Of a stretch of 64,000 nucleotides of DNA, positions 1-10,605 are shown piece by piece (within the stretch, counting starts at the first letter, position 1; each line of letters begins with the position of its first letter). The notes beneath the pieces are model-generated. The model saw nothing but the letters and a program-made list of their open reading frames with translations. It was not told the DNA's origin and searched no databases. A program made the translations under genes and the position numbers. Origin of the DNA: a virus; the IMG/VR virus record IMGVR_UViG_3300043425_000676, positions 8,062 through 72,061 of that record. One strand, written 5' to 3'.

Positions 1-75
1 TGATCACCACGCATCGCATTGAACGGCGAGGGGATCTGAAAACCTGGAGTTGGACGGCGCTTCTTACGAAACATC

Positions 76-2085
76 TTAGTTCGGCGTTAGCCAGCCTCCA
101 CCACTGTCGCCAAGACCGGCAATCATCTTCGCCATGTCGTTCCACTGAGGCCCGATATCTTCGCGTCGTTCGACAAACGCATAGACAGCCATAAGCAACT
201 TGTTTCGCTCGTCGAGTTGGTATGTCATAAGCCGCATGTTTTCGGCAGCCACCGACTTCCACCCTTCAAGACGCTGAACCTTGGTGTTGACCATCTCGGC
301 AATCGCTCTGTGCTTGTGCTCCGCAAGAGCGTTGGCGTTTTGCATGAGAAGGACAGCGTATCGCTCCTTGCCACTCATCAAGGCGGTCAATGCGTTCTGA
401 ATCTGCCCGAGTAGCGTGTGTTTCTCAGCCATTTCAGTCTTTGTGACATCCTGCGAAGCAACATACTGACGCTGGGTGCTTTCCAGGAATTGCGCTTCGA
501 TCTGCTGAATCCTTTCGTAACGCCTGTTGGCTTCCTCGGTGTCCCACTTGGCAAAAACGTCTCGAAGCTGATAAATGCGATCTATTGAGTCAATCGTTCT
601 TTGCCTGACATCCTGCAACTTACCGTAGAGATTGGAACTTACCTCGATCCCGTATTTGTTGTTTGCGTCTTTGGCGGCAAAAACACCCTGCCTTCCCGCC
701 AAGATCCTGTTGGTCGCATCGGTTCGAAGCGAGTAGATGTTGTTGACGAATGTTGCTTGGTAGCGTAGCACTTCCTGACGAACGGCGTGGAGCCTATCCA
801 CTCCGTCAAGTTTCCTTGCTCGCATGGAAGCCTGCTGTTCGTAAAGGCGATGCTGGTTGTCAAGCTTCTCGCGATTCAATCGGTCGTTGAGGATCTGAAT
901 CTGTTCATCTTTATCCCTCTGGTTCCTTGCTGTGACATCGATGGGCATTGTCGCCATGGACAAACCCCTGCTTACAAGCATCTGCAATTGCGACGAAAGG
1001 CTCGACGCAAACTGCTCGTTTATTCTTGCTAGGTCGGTCTGCCCAAGATTGGTCAAGAAGCCTCTTGCTAATTGAGCGTGAGTGGCGTAATCGGTTTCTA
1101 GTAGACTCAGGATTGCGTTGTAATCACCAGCATACTGAGACAGCGTGCTACCGAAACCGTCGTTTGCTTGCTCAAGATCCAGTGCAACTTTTTGGTAATC
1201 GTCCTCGAGCTGCACAAGTATCGCTTCAACCTGATCTACATAGACATCAACATCCGACGAAACCTTAGCCAACTGCGCATCGATGCTTGCTGCATGCGCC
1301 GTGTAATTGCCGGAAAGTATCGCAAACGCTTGATCGTATTCTGCTATGTGGTTATCCAGGGTGCTGTCGAGAGAAGAAATCTTCGAAAGCACATCACCCA
1401 GGTAAGCCGCGAAGTTTTGATCCAACTCAGCAAGCCTGCTGTTGTAGTTGTTGACATAAGTCGCAAGATTTGTGCTTTGCTCAGCGAAAAGAGCTTCGAT
1501 ATCCGCAGCGTTGTCGCTGGCATTAGTTTCCAGGTCGCCAAGCCGCGTAAGCATTTCGTCTAGGGCAATCTTGGCGTTGTTTGCATCAATGACAACCTGA
1601 GCCTGATTGTCGGTGATCATTGTCTCGATCGCTGTCATGTATTCGTCGAGATCTGTCAGAAACACTCCAGACTGTGCGTTCTGTTCATCAATCTGTGCAT
1701 CAAACTGCTGATGGGAACTATCAACCATCAACGTCATGTTCCTGAGGACTTCGTTGTATCTTTGCTGGTTGGCATCCCTCGCGTTGTTTGCTTCATACGT
1801 GAAGGAATTGCACAAACTCAACAAGACACCAGATGGAGTGAGCCCCTCTTTTTTTACAGAGAAATAGTTCGTCGGAGGCGTTGTAGTTCTATCCTGACGA
1901 ATGTTGGTAATCTCAAAACCTTGAGCAACAAGCCAACCCATGACATTCTCTGGAACGTCAGTGATTGTCTGAGTAGCGAACCACTGCGCAACCGAAATAA
2001 ACGGATTTATGACCCCTGGTACGTAAATCTCGTTTTGATTTGGGGTGATCTCTGGTACTTTACTAACGTCGTTTTCTGTCGACAC
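76..2085 (-). CDS. Long coiled-coil virion protein, possibly DNA ejection/internal virion protein
   Basis: 669-aa ORF, heptad-rich and Q/N/D/A-rich; lies at the end of the tail operon. Confidence 0.5.
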   Translation of the reverse strand: MSTENDVSKVPEITPNQNEIYVPGVINPFISVAQWFATQTITDVPENVMGWLVAQGFEITNIRQDRTTTPPTNYFSVKKEGLTPSGVLLSLCNSFTYEANNARDANQQRYNEVLRNMTLMVDSSHQQFDAQIDEQNAQSGVFLTDLDEYMTAIETMITDNQAQVVIDANNAKIALDEMLTRLGDLETNASDNAADIEALFAEQSTNLATYVNNYNSRLAELDQNFAAYLGDVLSKISSLDSTLDNHIAEYDQAFAILSGNYTAHAASIDAQLAKVSSDVDVYVDQVEAILVQLEDDYQKVALDLEQANDGFGSTLSQYAGDYNAILSLLETDYATHAQLARGFLTNLGQTDLARINEQFASSLSSQLQMLVSRGLSMATMPIDVTARNQRDKDEQIQILNDRLNREKLDNQHRLYEQQASMRARKLDGVDRLHAVRQEVLRYQATFVNNIYSLRTDATNRILAGRQGVFAAKDANNKYGIEVSSNLYGKLQDVRQRTIDSIDRIYQLRDVFAKWDTEEANRRYERIQQIEAQFLESTQRQYVASQDVTKTEMAEKHTLLGQIQNALTALMSGKERYAVLLMQNANALAEHKHRAIAEMVNTKVQRLEGWKSVAAENMRLMTYQLDERNKLLMAVYAFVERREDIGPQWNDMAKMIAGLGDSGGGWLTPN

Positions 2086-2100
2086 GATTAAACCCTTTCG

Positions 2101-4251
2101 TTAAGCAGTGGTTGCCCGAGCTGTCATGTCAAAGACCGTCCATGTGTCTGCCGCAGAACAAAAGCACCTCACGCCCTTGCTGGCTGGTATCACTACCGCT
2201 GCATTGGTCGCAAGTCCATTGATCGCACCACCCGTAGCAGGGTACAGTTTGGCAGCGATCGCACTGTTGTTGATCACCTCCATGATGTCGCCAGCCGAAC
2301 CCGTTGGGAGTTTGACACCTTTAGCTGCACTGTCCGAGGTGATGAACGTGGTGTTGGTAGCCGCTAATGCAGTAGCATCCAGATACGTGCTTCCTTCTGC
2401 TGCGGTAGAAACCTGCGTAACGCTTGCGTATGGAGCCCATGTACCGTCACCACGCATAAACTGCCTTGTGTTGTTGCTCAACTTCGGCATCAATCCGTGG
2501 TAGGTCGATGTTGCGTTCAAGTCGGTGTTGTCATCCGGTGTTGCAAAATCATCAAGCTTGATAGCCTTAGCGTCCAGCAGGTAGCGAGTAGTCCACAGAT
2601 CCCCAATTGTAAGTTTTAGCGGAGAACCTGAACTTACTAGATAAAGGAGGTTCGCGTTAGCCGCTGAAACCGCACCAGTGAGACCGCTGACATAAGTTGT
2701 AAACTCCGACCAAAAGTGCGATCGAAGATTCGCGAGCGTAACCTTTGTGTTTGTCGCACCTTCGTCCACCAAGAACAAGTCGCCATCCGAAAGTGTTGCA
2801 CTGCTCAAACTACCCACATCAATGCTGCTCGTAACAATGCCAGCCACATAGGTCGCCAATGCCCCGACATCCAGTTTGTAGCTTGTCGTCGATCTTCGCA
2901 TCCAAAGGTCGTCGCCAGCCTGAACCGCTGGACTTGCATCCAGTTTGTCCCACATCTCCGTTTCGACATAAGCGGCTATGTTTGCGCTGGTAATCTTTTT
3001 TGGCGTAGTACCTTCGATCACGTAGAACGTGTCCGCGTCCTCGAGCGTAGTGAGCGCGGTCAACCCGGAAACGTAAGCCTGATAATCCGTCCAAAGCTTC
3101 GTTTCTAGCTCTGACAACGTTGCTTTTTTGGGTGTTGTGCTATCCCCGACCAGGAAAAGCGATCCAGAGGCGAGAGAGGCAGAGGAAAGACCTGTGAGAT
3201 CCAAAACGTCAGCCTGAACGCCAGCACCGACAAACGTTTTGAGTTGATCCACGGTGACGCTGTAAGTGACCCCACCGCGACCAATGATCACCTTGTCGCC
3301 AGTAACGACTGGATTTCCGCTTGTAGCCGACCACCCAGAAGCCAGGATATAGGTTGAAAGTAGACCAACGTCCAATTTAAGCTGGGTTCCCGATCGGAAT
3401 ATCAAGAAACTGTCGCCAGCGACCGTCGCCACGGCACTGGACGCACTGTTTTGAGTCCCGACCACATACGAGGCGATATTCGCACCCGTAGCTGTCCTGC
3501 CAGTGCCGCTTCGCTCGAGCAAGAACACATCGGTAGCATTTGCCGGAGCACCCAAGGCTGAGTAGTTATCCCAAGCTGCCGACACAATGTCAGCACCAAC
3601 CTCAGCTTGCACATAGGCAGCGATCGTCGAGGCAGTGACCTTGCTCGCTACACCACTGTCGCTCGCATAGAAGGTGTCCCCGTCTGCGAGGGTGGTGATT
3701 GCTGGCAAACCATCCGTGTAAGCCAGGAATTGAGAGTGGACGCGAGCCGCGATCGCTGAAAACGTAGTCTTTTTGGCTGTTGTAGACTGAGCCACGACAT
3801 ACTGATCCGAATCAGCCAGCGTGGCCGTAGCAAGACCAGCGATCTCTGCACCAAGAGCTGTCACCGAGGAATCAAGAAACGCCTTGACGTTATCAATGTC
3901 GATTTGCTTGAGGATCCCGCCATCGTTGAACACCAGCTTGTCGCCCGAGACGATAGTGGTACTTGTGTCGATCGCTTCAAGTTTATCAACCACCCAATTG
4001 AAGAAGTTCTGCGCCGTAAGGATCTTTTCAACATCTGACTGGAAAGCGACTATCTCATCAGCGTCGGCTAGGGTTGTGATCACCGATGCTTGATGAAGCT
4101 GATCGACCGCAAAAGCAGCAAGCAAAGCCGCAGTGGCATGACGCGACGAGGTTCCGTCGAGCAACGGGATCTTTTCTGGGCCTGTGAGCGTATCGACCGC
4201 AAGACCAGCCACCCAATCTGCAAAACTTACATCAGGCATGTCTATCTCCAC
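2101..4251 (-). CDS. Tail fibre/spike-like protein with internal repeats
   Basis: 716 aa, A/T/S-rich, over a dozen copies of a motif like L-x2-(G/A)D-x-F-x-V-x3-(G/T)-x2-K-x-T-x3-(L/I). Confidence 0.6.
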   Translation of the reverse strand: MEIDMPDVSFADWVAGLAVDTLTGPEKIPLLDGTSSRHATAALLAAFAVDQLHQASVITTLADADEIVAFQSDVEKILTAQNFFNWVVDKLEAIDTSTTIVSGDKLVFNDGGILKQIDIDNVKAFLDSSVTALGAEIAGLATATLADSDQYVVAQSTTAKKTTFSAIAARVHSQFLAYTDGLPAITTLADGDTFYASDSGVASKVTASTIAAYVQAEVGADIVSAAWDNYSALGAPANATDVFLLERSGTGRTATGANIASYVVGTQNSASSAVATVAGDSFLIFRSGTQLKLDVGLLSTYILASGWSATSGNPVVTGDKVIIGRGGVTYSVTVDQLKTFVGAGVQADVLDLTGLSSASLASGSLFLVGDSTTPKKATLSELETKLWTDYQAYVSGLTALTTLEDADTFYVIEGTTPKKITSANIAAYVETEMWDKLDASPAVQAGDDLWMRRSTTSYKLDVGALATYVAGIVTSSIDVGSLSSATLSDGDLFLVDEGATNTKVTLANLRSHFWSEFTTYVSGLTGAVSAANANLLYLVSSGSPLKLTIGDLWTTRYLLDAKAIKLDDFATPDDNTDLNATSTYHGLMPKLSNNTRQFMRGDGTWAPYASVTQVSTAAEGSTYLDATALAATNTTFITSDSAAKGVKLPTGSAGDIMEVINNSAIAAKLYPATGGAINGLATNAAVVIPASKGVRCFCSAADTWTVFDMTARATTA

Positions 4252-5489
4252 GCCCCAGAGGGCTCAATTACTGCGTTTGCACCTTCCCATGCCCAATTCC
4301 CGCTAGGAGCAGACAAAAGAAGAATCATGTACTTTCCTCTAGCTCTTGGATAGCTACGGTGATTCACCCCTGCCGTCCAAGTTCCGCTACTGTGGACAGC
4401 CGCAGGCGTAGTCCCTGCAATCAAAGACTCGATAGCCGCCTTGGCGTTGATGCTGACCTGCTCAGCAGTGTCAGCCACCATAACTCTCCAGGTGACGTTC
4501 ACACTACCAGAGGCGGTGATCCCGTGTAACTGGATCAATCTTCCGTAGGTGCTTCCATTCCCCATCAACACCGGCCCGATCGCGACATAGGATCCTGAGT
4601 GCCCAACCTTGAACGGCCAGAACTCCTGCCTCTCAGTGTCAAACATCCAAGACACCGCTGCGGACGGTATGTGAACGTAAACGGCTCTCGATTCGTGGTC
4701 GTACTCAAGCACCGTATTGACGTTCGTAACGTTCGTCAGATGCTCAGGAATCGCGTCCTCAGACAACGCCTGCAAGCCGTCGCCAGAAGCCGACACCGTG
4801 TAAAGACCATGCGACGAAAGGAAGTAGTACCGATCGAGGTGATCGCGGCACCAAGCCTTTGCACCGACCATGCCGACTTCCCGCGAGATGTTTCGAAGTG
4901 TTCCGTCTGCAACCGGATCACCCTGAACCACCCAAAGCGAGCTACTTGTTGCCGCCAGCAAATAGGCATCTTTGTGAGGAATCAGCGAAACCACATCAGA
5001 CCCTAACTCACCAGCTTCGGACAACTGCATGACGAATGGACGCATCAAATCGCTGACATCAGCGCTGAGCGACCAATCGGAGTGGTTCGACTGCCTACTG
5101 GCAAAAATAGCTCGCCCGGAAGGACGGATGAAGCGATCTCGGTAGATGCACTGCGCAGGGTGACTATTTGGAGCGTTAGCACCTGGAGACACGTAAACCG
5201 TACCACCACTGTGAACCGCCGCAACACCTGTGCTCACGACAATCCTGTTGCCGCTCGAGTCGGTGATCTTATTACCAGCGCTATCGGTCAAGTACCGATC
5301 TTCGGTTGCAGGGACGGTCGAAGCACCAGCCTGAGCCCAGGAGCCACCGCGAAGGCGACCCTGAAAATCCTCGGTTCGACAATTTACAGCCCAAGGACAA
5401 AAATACCTCTCCCGCCTGCCTACGCTTTGGCGAAAAGACAGGCGACGATTAACGCCCGATGGGAAAAGTATTTCTTTGCTTGTAGCCAT
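4242..5489 (-). CDS. Tail tubular/nozzle-like (beta-propeller-type) structural protein
   Basis: 415 aa, beta-rich; segment 'NISREVGMVGAKAW...YYFLSSHGLY' resembles P22 gp10/T7 gp12-type nozzle proteins; position in tail cluster. Confidence 0.55.
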   Translation of the reverse strand: MATSKEILFPSGVNRRLSFRQSVGRRERYFCPWAVNCRTEDFQGRLRGGSWAQAGASTVPATEDRYLTDSAGNKITDSSGNRIVVSTGVAAVHSGGTVYVSPGANAPNSHPAQCIYRDRFIRPSGRAIFASRQSNHSDWSLSADVSDLMRPFVMQLSEAGELGSDVVSLIPHKDAYLLAATSSSLWVVQGDPVADGTLRNISREVGMVGAKAWCRDHLDRYYFLSSHGLYTVSASGDGLQALSEDAIPEHLTNVTNVNTVLEYDHESRAVYVHIPSAAVSWMFDTERQEFWPFKVGHSGSYVAIGPVLMGNGSTYGRLIQLHGITASGSVNVTWRVMVADTAEQVSINAKAAIESLIAGTTPAAVHSSGTWTAGVNHRSYPRARGKYMILLLSAPSGNWAWEGANAVIEPSGAWR

Positions 5490-5497
5490 GTCACCAA

Positions 5498-5911
5498 TTA
5501 CGCAGCAGCTTCAAGACCCGCTACGGTTCCATTGCTAGCGATCGTTAGCGCCTTCCACGAAGTAGCAGACTCGCAAAACAGAACGACCATCTGGTTTGCC
5601 GCGACTGCCGACTCAGCGTTAGCACCAGAACCGCCGTTGATCGCGATCGTTGCCGGATCCGTCGTTCGCAACTCACCGCCAGTGGCAGCGCCAGCGACCA
5701 TGACAATCCTACCGGGAACCGGAGCAGGCAAAATGAGGATGTTATTCGTGTTACCCCAAGTCGGGATAACCATCTGAATGAAAGCCTCATCCGACATCTT
5801 AGTTCCAGCGGCAGAAGCGACCAAAGGCACTCTACCTGGGCCTCCAGGCATAAACGCCATGAGCAATTCGTGTAATTCGTTATGAGCCGACATGATTTTC
5901 CCCTTGGGCAA
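5498..5911 (-). CDS. Small structural protein
   Basis: 137 aa; 'LPAPVPGRIVMV...AINGG' resembles the C-terminal module of ORF 2101-4251 ('LPTGSAGDIMEV...AING'). Confidence 0.55.
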   Translation of the reverse strand: MPKGKIMSAHNELHELLMAFMPGGPGRVPLVASAAGTKMSDEAFIQMVIPTWGNTNNILILPAPVPGRIVMVAGAATGGELRTTDPATIAINGGSGANAESAVAANQMVVLFCESATSWKALTIASNGTVAGLEAAA

Positions 5912-5914
5912 AAA

Positions 5915-6238
5915 CTAATCCTTCAACGTAACCCCAACAACGCCAGCGGCATTGCCTGTGATCTTTAAGAACCTTGCACCAGCCAACGCTTCTGGGATCG
6001 GATACGATCGACCAGCCGCAACCGTTGTGGTGATAGCAGAGTTAGACTCGGTGTAAGCCGCAAGGTAAACTCCGGCTTCGCTGATGCTGGAATACCAAGT
6101 AAGTGTCGTCAGCGAGGATCCAGAGGGTATGTGTACCATGCCTCTTTCAAAGTCGCCGTAAATGATCGCATCGCTTGCGGCAAGAGTGCTGCCAACGTCC
6201 AGATTTTCGATTGAATTGCTGTACCGTGCGGTTGTCAC
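5915..6238 (-). CDS. Small beta-sandwich structural protein
   Basis: 107 aa, coupled to neighbours (GTGA overlap at 6235-6238). Confidence 0.55.
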   Translation of the reverse strand: MTTARYSNSIENLDVGSTLAASDAIIYGDFERGMVHIPSGSSLTTLTWYSSISEAGVYLAAYTESNSAITTTVAAGRSYPIPEALAGARFLKITGNAAGVVGVTLKD

Positions 6239-7488
6239 TGCGGATCTCCTTCGATTGTCAGTCTGCCTATGCGTTGCTCGCGACTGCGGTAATTGTAATC
6301 GAAAACGCTGAATTTGCTATAAGTTCCACGAGGCATATCTTGCCCCAAGCTCGTCGGGCTCGACCTATCCTGGTCGTTTCTGATCGCCAGAGCAATCATT
6401 TCCAAGTATCTTTTCTCGTGGACATGCTCTCTTTCCTCGTAATTGTGCTCTGCGGCAGCCAGACAAGCCTCCAAAAACACTTGACTGAGCATTTCCCCCC
6501 CAATTGGGTACGGATTTGCATCGCTCAGGTCTACGGGACGCAAAATCATAGGGACCCGGAGCACGTAAGCCGCATCCGGAGCCGGATAAAACGCCAGTGA
6601 CTTGCGGCTCCCGACGCTTGGATCAAATCTGTCGGTTCTGACCGAGTAATAAGCCGGACGACCAAACTCAGGATTTGTTGTCTCAAGCTTCCTGATTGTT
6701 GCGTCGTGCCGATTGCAAACAGACGGAAACCACTGATCTGGCCCTGGATAGTACGTCAAATCGCTGTCATTGGCGACAGAATCAAATGCCACATCCATCT
6801 GGATATCGGTTCTGGCGATCTGGTATGCCGACGCACTCGAAACCGTGACAGTTGTGTCGTCCAGAGATATTTGAGAGTTGCTCAAGCGACTTGCTACCGA
6901 GTAATACTTGTTGTTTACCCTAAGAATGCTATTAGCCGCCCATGAAGGGAAAGTCCCGCCGACGAGCGTTACCACACCCGAAGCGATGGTTATCGTCCCA
7001 GTTGCATACGGTGCAGTGGTCGTGACATCGACCAGAGGTTTGAAAAACGACCAATCATGCGCTGCATAAACACGACGAAGACCGTCAGTGATGCAATAGC
7101 CAATCCTGGTAAGCTGATCCTGCGTGAAGGACGCATCTGCCTCTGCTCCAAAAAGATAATGCCCGACCCTATTTACCAAGATCGAATAGCTGATCGGGCC
7201 GCCACCTGTCGCACTCGTCCTGGCTGGGAAGTCCAACTCAAAGTGATAAGTTGCGCCGTCGTAAACAAACTCGACATACGCCGTGTAAGCGACATTCACA
7301 ACATCCGTAAACTCGTACTGGTAGGTTCCTGTAGAAACCAGTGTCATAGCCGTTCCATCGGCAACGACGACAGCATTGGTGTCGTTCCTCTTGACTCCAT
7401 ACGTTCCCGTTGGATCGGAAAGCAACGCTGAAGTTACGTTCGTCGGAACGCCATCAACCTTAAAAGTTTTTCTGATTACTCGCGACAT
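6235..7488 (-). CDS. Head-tail adaptor/tail tubular protein A-like
   Basis: 417 aa; 'HDWSFF', 'GRPAYYS', 'FYPAPDAAYVL' motifs typical of podovirus adaptor proteins. Confidence 0.6.
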   Translation of the reverse strand: MSRVIRKTFKVDGVPTNVTSALLSDPTGTYGVKRNDTNAVVVADGTAMTLVSTGTYQYEFTDVVNVAYTAYVEFVYDGATYHFELDFPARTSATGGGPISYSILVNRVGHYLFGAEADASFTQDQLTRIGYCITDGLRRVYAAHDWSFFKPLVDVTTTAPYATGTITIASGVVTLVGGTFPSWAANSILRVNNKYYSVASRLSNSQISLDDTTVTVSSASAYQIARTDIQMDVAFDSVANDSDLTYYPGPDQWFPSVCNRHDATIRKLETTNPEFGRPAYYSVRTDRFDPSVGSRKSLAFYPAPDAAYVLRVPMILRPVDLSDANPYPIGGEMLSQVFLEACLAAAEHNYEEREHVHEKRYLEMIALAIRNDQDRSSPTSLGQDMPRGTYSKFSVFDYNYRSREQRIGRLTIEGDPQ

Positions 7489-7490
7489 GG

Positions 7491-8858
7491 TTACTCCAGT
7501 GTTATGCTTCGGTCTTCAACCTGAATGTTGTATGTGCTTCCGGCACCTCCTCCGCCAGCCAAAGACACCGCAATAGTGTCGAACCTGAATTGACCAGATC
7601 CATTGTCCTCGATCATCGAGTTTAACCTCGACAACACCTGAAGAGCTGAAACTGCCGTGGCAATCTCCGTTGACGCATCTGGCGCTAAAACACGCGCCGA
7701 CAAAGCACCAGTATCAAAAGCGTCCTCGTGAATCGATCCTGGCTCTGAGTCATGCAATACCGCCGCGATATGATGCGATCCAGTAACAAGCACTTCCGTG
7801 TTATTGTCGGTAGACCTAAGCAGCCTTGCCGTGCCACTCGCGTCATTAGCAGTCAAAGCGTCTGTACCCAACTCATAAACAGTATTGACAAACAAGATTG
7901 ATCCGGCTGGGTCTATACCTAACGCACCGAAGTTGGCGGGGAAAGCGGTTATCAGGTCTGTCTTGGCCTTGATCGCCAGCAATGTAGTAATCGTGTCGTA
8001 ATCAACCACCGATCCAATCCACTCGACATATCGAGCCTCACCTGAAACTGTTCCAGATATAGTGATCCGAAGGTTTTCGGCTGGATGCGTGCTAGCCACC
8101 GAATAGGTAAACGTATACCGACCAGTCGACGGACTCGACACCGCTGACAGATTTGCAGAACGACTTGTGCCAGCAGCATTTGCAGCCGCAATCGCTGGCG
8201 ATCCGTCGAGTGCGACCAGCTTGTCCTCATCGTCACGAACAACCACCGTAAACGCATAGGTCGTTGTGCCCGAGTCTGGAATCTCCATCAGTGGAGTCCC
8301 ATAGACATTCATCTTTGCCGACAGGTTGTTTAGGTTCTGGATCGCGGTCAGGACGGTGTTGACGGTCGACTCCTTTGCTACAGTCGCGTCCTTAGCAACA
8401 GTTGTTTCATTTGCGACACTAGCAGGGAATGCCACTGGTGCTGATGCACTAGCTGCTTGCCCTGCAATTTGAGTCATGTTTGCAGACACAGCATCGATAA
8501 CTGATTTAATCGAAGTGTTGGTCAATGCCACGTTTGCAGTTGGATTGGCAATCTTCGACTGATCTGTTCCAGCATAACCAAATGAGCCAGAAGCCGTAAA
8601 CACAGCTTGCATTGATCGAGAATAGCATCCTGTCTTGTACAGCACAATTCTAAGAGAATTGCAGTCAGTCTCAGCTTGGCTTGGTGTATAGCTCCATTCA
8701 CCTTGTTCGACTGTTGGTGTGTTGGCTCCTGCAACAAAAGCACCACTGTCTTTTGACACCGACACCGAAACACCAGTCGTCTGAACAACACCGTCACTTA
8801 TTTGGGTGATGGTTCCAATTATGAGTGGTAGTGGTGTTGGATTGTTGCGTGGATACAT
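7491..8858 (-). CDS. Structural protein with Ig-like segments
   Basis: 455 aa, T/S/A-rich beta segments in the tail cluster. Confidence 0.5.
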   Translation of the reverse strand: MYPRNNPTPLPLIIGTITQISDGVVQTTGVSVSVSKDSGAFVAGANTPTVEQGEWSYTPSQAETDCNSLRIVLYKTGCYSRSMQAVFTASGSFGYAGTDQSKIANPTANVALTNTSIKSVIDAVSANMTQIAGQAASASAPVAFPASVANETTVAKDATVAKESTVNTVLTAIQNLNNLSAKMNVYGTPLMEIPDSGTTTYAFTVVVRDDEDKLVALDGSPAIAAANAAGTSRSANLSAVSSPSTGRYTFTYSVASTHPAENLRITISGTVSGEARYVEWIGSVVDYDTITTLLAIKAKTDLITAFPANFGALGIDPAGSILFVNTVYELGTDALTANDASGTARLLRSTDNNTEVLVTGSHHIAAVLHDSEPGSIHEDAFDTGALSARVLAPDASTEIATAVSALQVLSRLNSMIEDNGSGQFRFDTIAVSLAGGGGAGSTYNIQVEDRSITLE

Positions 8859-9728
8859 TTATCGGATTCCTCCACCGACCATTCGTTGTTGATTTCTAAA
8901 CCAGTAGTGCTTAAAGCTAGCTGCTGGCATCATCCATCTTCGATTAAAGGATTTAAGAAGGCCAAAACCTCGACCGCCAGCGTAAAGCTTTTGAACTTCG
9001 TTGGCTGTTAAAAATCGGTTATAAATGCGAATATCATCAAGTTGGCCCAGCAAAAAACCATTACCGCCGGAGTCTGCATTATACGCTCCGATTGACCAGG
9101 ATGCGTTCGTCGCAAAGGGAGTGGTAAATGTTCCAGTAAAATTAGCCGATATGTTTGTTTGCGGAGTGCCGTTCCGATAAAGCGAAATAACACCCAAATT
9201 AAAAACAACACCGACATGATACCAGTTTCCGTCTGATATCGTGGCGGTCGTAAAAGCACCCCTCACTTGATTACTCACCGCCGTTCCGTCACCGCTTGCG
9301 AAAAATGCTAGCTGTGTTCCGTTTGCCGAGCCGCCAAGAGAAGCAGACGAGGTTGCTAGCTGCCAAGACCTTTGATTAGTGGCCGCTTGGTATTGCCCAA
9401 CAATCTGTACCTGACTTTGTGTGGTCGTCTTTCGCACCCAACCAAACGCCGAAAATCTAGAACCTAGACTGGCTCGGTTTCCAGCGACTACGTAGTCATT
9501 AGCCCCATCGAAATCTAAAGCGTATTTGCCATCACGGATTACCCAGTCCGTTGGTGCATCCATGCCGGTGAGAGTGCCGGTGCTATTGAACCCGCTTATA
9601 TCTAGCAGTTGTAAACCTGTCGGAGAAGTCGCACTTGGACACCAGTGACCAACCAGACCATCATAAGACCATTTTTGAGCACGATCATAAACGACCGGCC
9701 CGATTCTTCGACCACGAGAAATTATCAT
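8859..9728 (-). CDS. LamG/concanavalin A-like lectin domain protein
   Basis: 'GLVGHW', 'ALDFDGANDYV', 'WYHVGVV', 'GQLDDIRIYNRFLTANEV' are Laminin_G_3-type motifs. Confidence 0.85.
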   Translation of the reverse strand: MIISRGRRIGPVVYDRAQKWSYDGLVGHWCPSATSPTGLQLLDISGFNSTGTLTGMDAPTDWVIRDGKYALDFDGANDYVVAGNRASLGSRFSAFGWVRKTTTQSQVQIVGQYQAATNQRSWQLATSSASLGGSANGTQLAFFASGDGTAVSNQVRGAFTTATISDGNWYHVGVVFNLGVISLYRNGTPQTNISANFTGTFTTPFATNASWSIGAYNADSGGNGFLLGQLDDIRIYNRFLTANEVQKLYAGGRGFGLLKSFNRRWMMPAASFKHYWFRNQQRMVGGGIR

Positions 9729-10156
9729 GATTGATATGTTTTCGGTCTGATGGTTAGTACGTTGCTTGTTCCCATTGCTTGACCCGTACCTTGGTTTCGA
9801 ACCAAAACCCGAATGTTTCCTGGGGGAATATCGAAAGCCGTTTGTACGATTCTTTGAGTTGTGTTGACGGCCCGAACTGTATAAATCAAATCGGGTAGTC
9901 TTGTTGGTGTCACAGATCCAGATCCATCTTCAAAGTTGGTTCCGTCAGTTTCTCTCAGTAACCATACCCAAAGTGCGGTGTTTGCTGTGGGTGCTGTTGG
10001 GAATGAAAACACGAACTCTACTTCGGCATCGATGTATCCAGCACTTGTAAGTGTTACACTTGTTGCATGTACTGCGTTGGCATTGTTGCCAAGGGAGTTC
10101 ATTTCGGTGCTTAGAAGTGTTTGTGCAGTACCACGAAGTTGTGTTAAGTTTGGCAT
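9725..10156 (-). CDS. Hypothetical structural protein
   Basis: 143 aa, overlaps both neighbours at start/stop. Confidence 0.6.
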   Translation of the reverse strand: MPNLTQLRGTAQTLLSTEMNSLGNNANAVHATSVTLTSAGYIDAEVEFVFSFPTAPTANTALWVWLLRETDGTNFEDGSGSVTPTRLPDLIYTVRAVNTTQRIVQTAFDIPPGNIRVLVRNQGTGQAMGTSNVLTIRPKTYQS

Positions 10157-10605
10157 TATTCAATCTTTCCGTTTGGACGGTATGTTGACCAAGCCTCTGA
10201 AACTTGCCCTGGGCCTATGACTTCATGCGAAAGAGACAAGTTGCTGATTGCATCAAACTCGGATTGCGTGATACTCGATCCTTCGTCCAAGAGCAACGAC
10301 AAGAATTGAATCATGGCGTGGTCGCCAAAGTCTGACCCACCTTCACTTGGTCGCAACCACTTCAAAACTCGACTAACGAGAGCTTTGTATGAGCCAGCAT
10401 ATTGCTCGAACTTTTGAAGTATTGTTTCTGCTGTCATTGGCCCAAGTTTATTGTACAGCCCACGTTCTGTAAGAATCAGACTTGACCGAATCAATGGGCT
10501 TATCTCGGAGCATCGAATCGCACACGCATAATCGTTTCCTGCTTCCGCAAGCGCTTTTGCTTGCGGGTCAGATTCGATCAAGGCTTTGAGTTCTTGTGGG
10601 GTCAT
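10156..10605 (-). CDS. Hypothetical protein
   Basis: 149 aa, coupled ORF. Confidence 0.6.
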   Translation of the reverse strand: MTPQELKALIESDPQAKALAEAGNDYACAIRCSEISPLIRSSLILTERGLYNKLGPMTAETILQKFEQYAGSYKALVSRVLKWLRPSEGGSDFGDHAMIQFLSLLLDEGSSITQSEFDAISNLSLSHEVIGPGQVSEAWSTYRPNGKIE

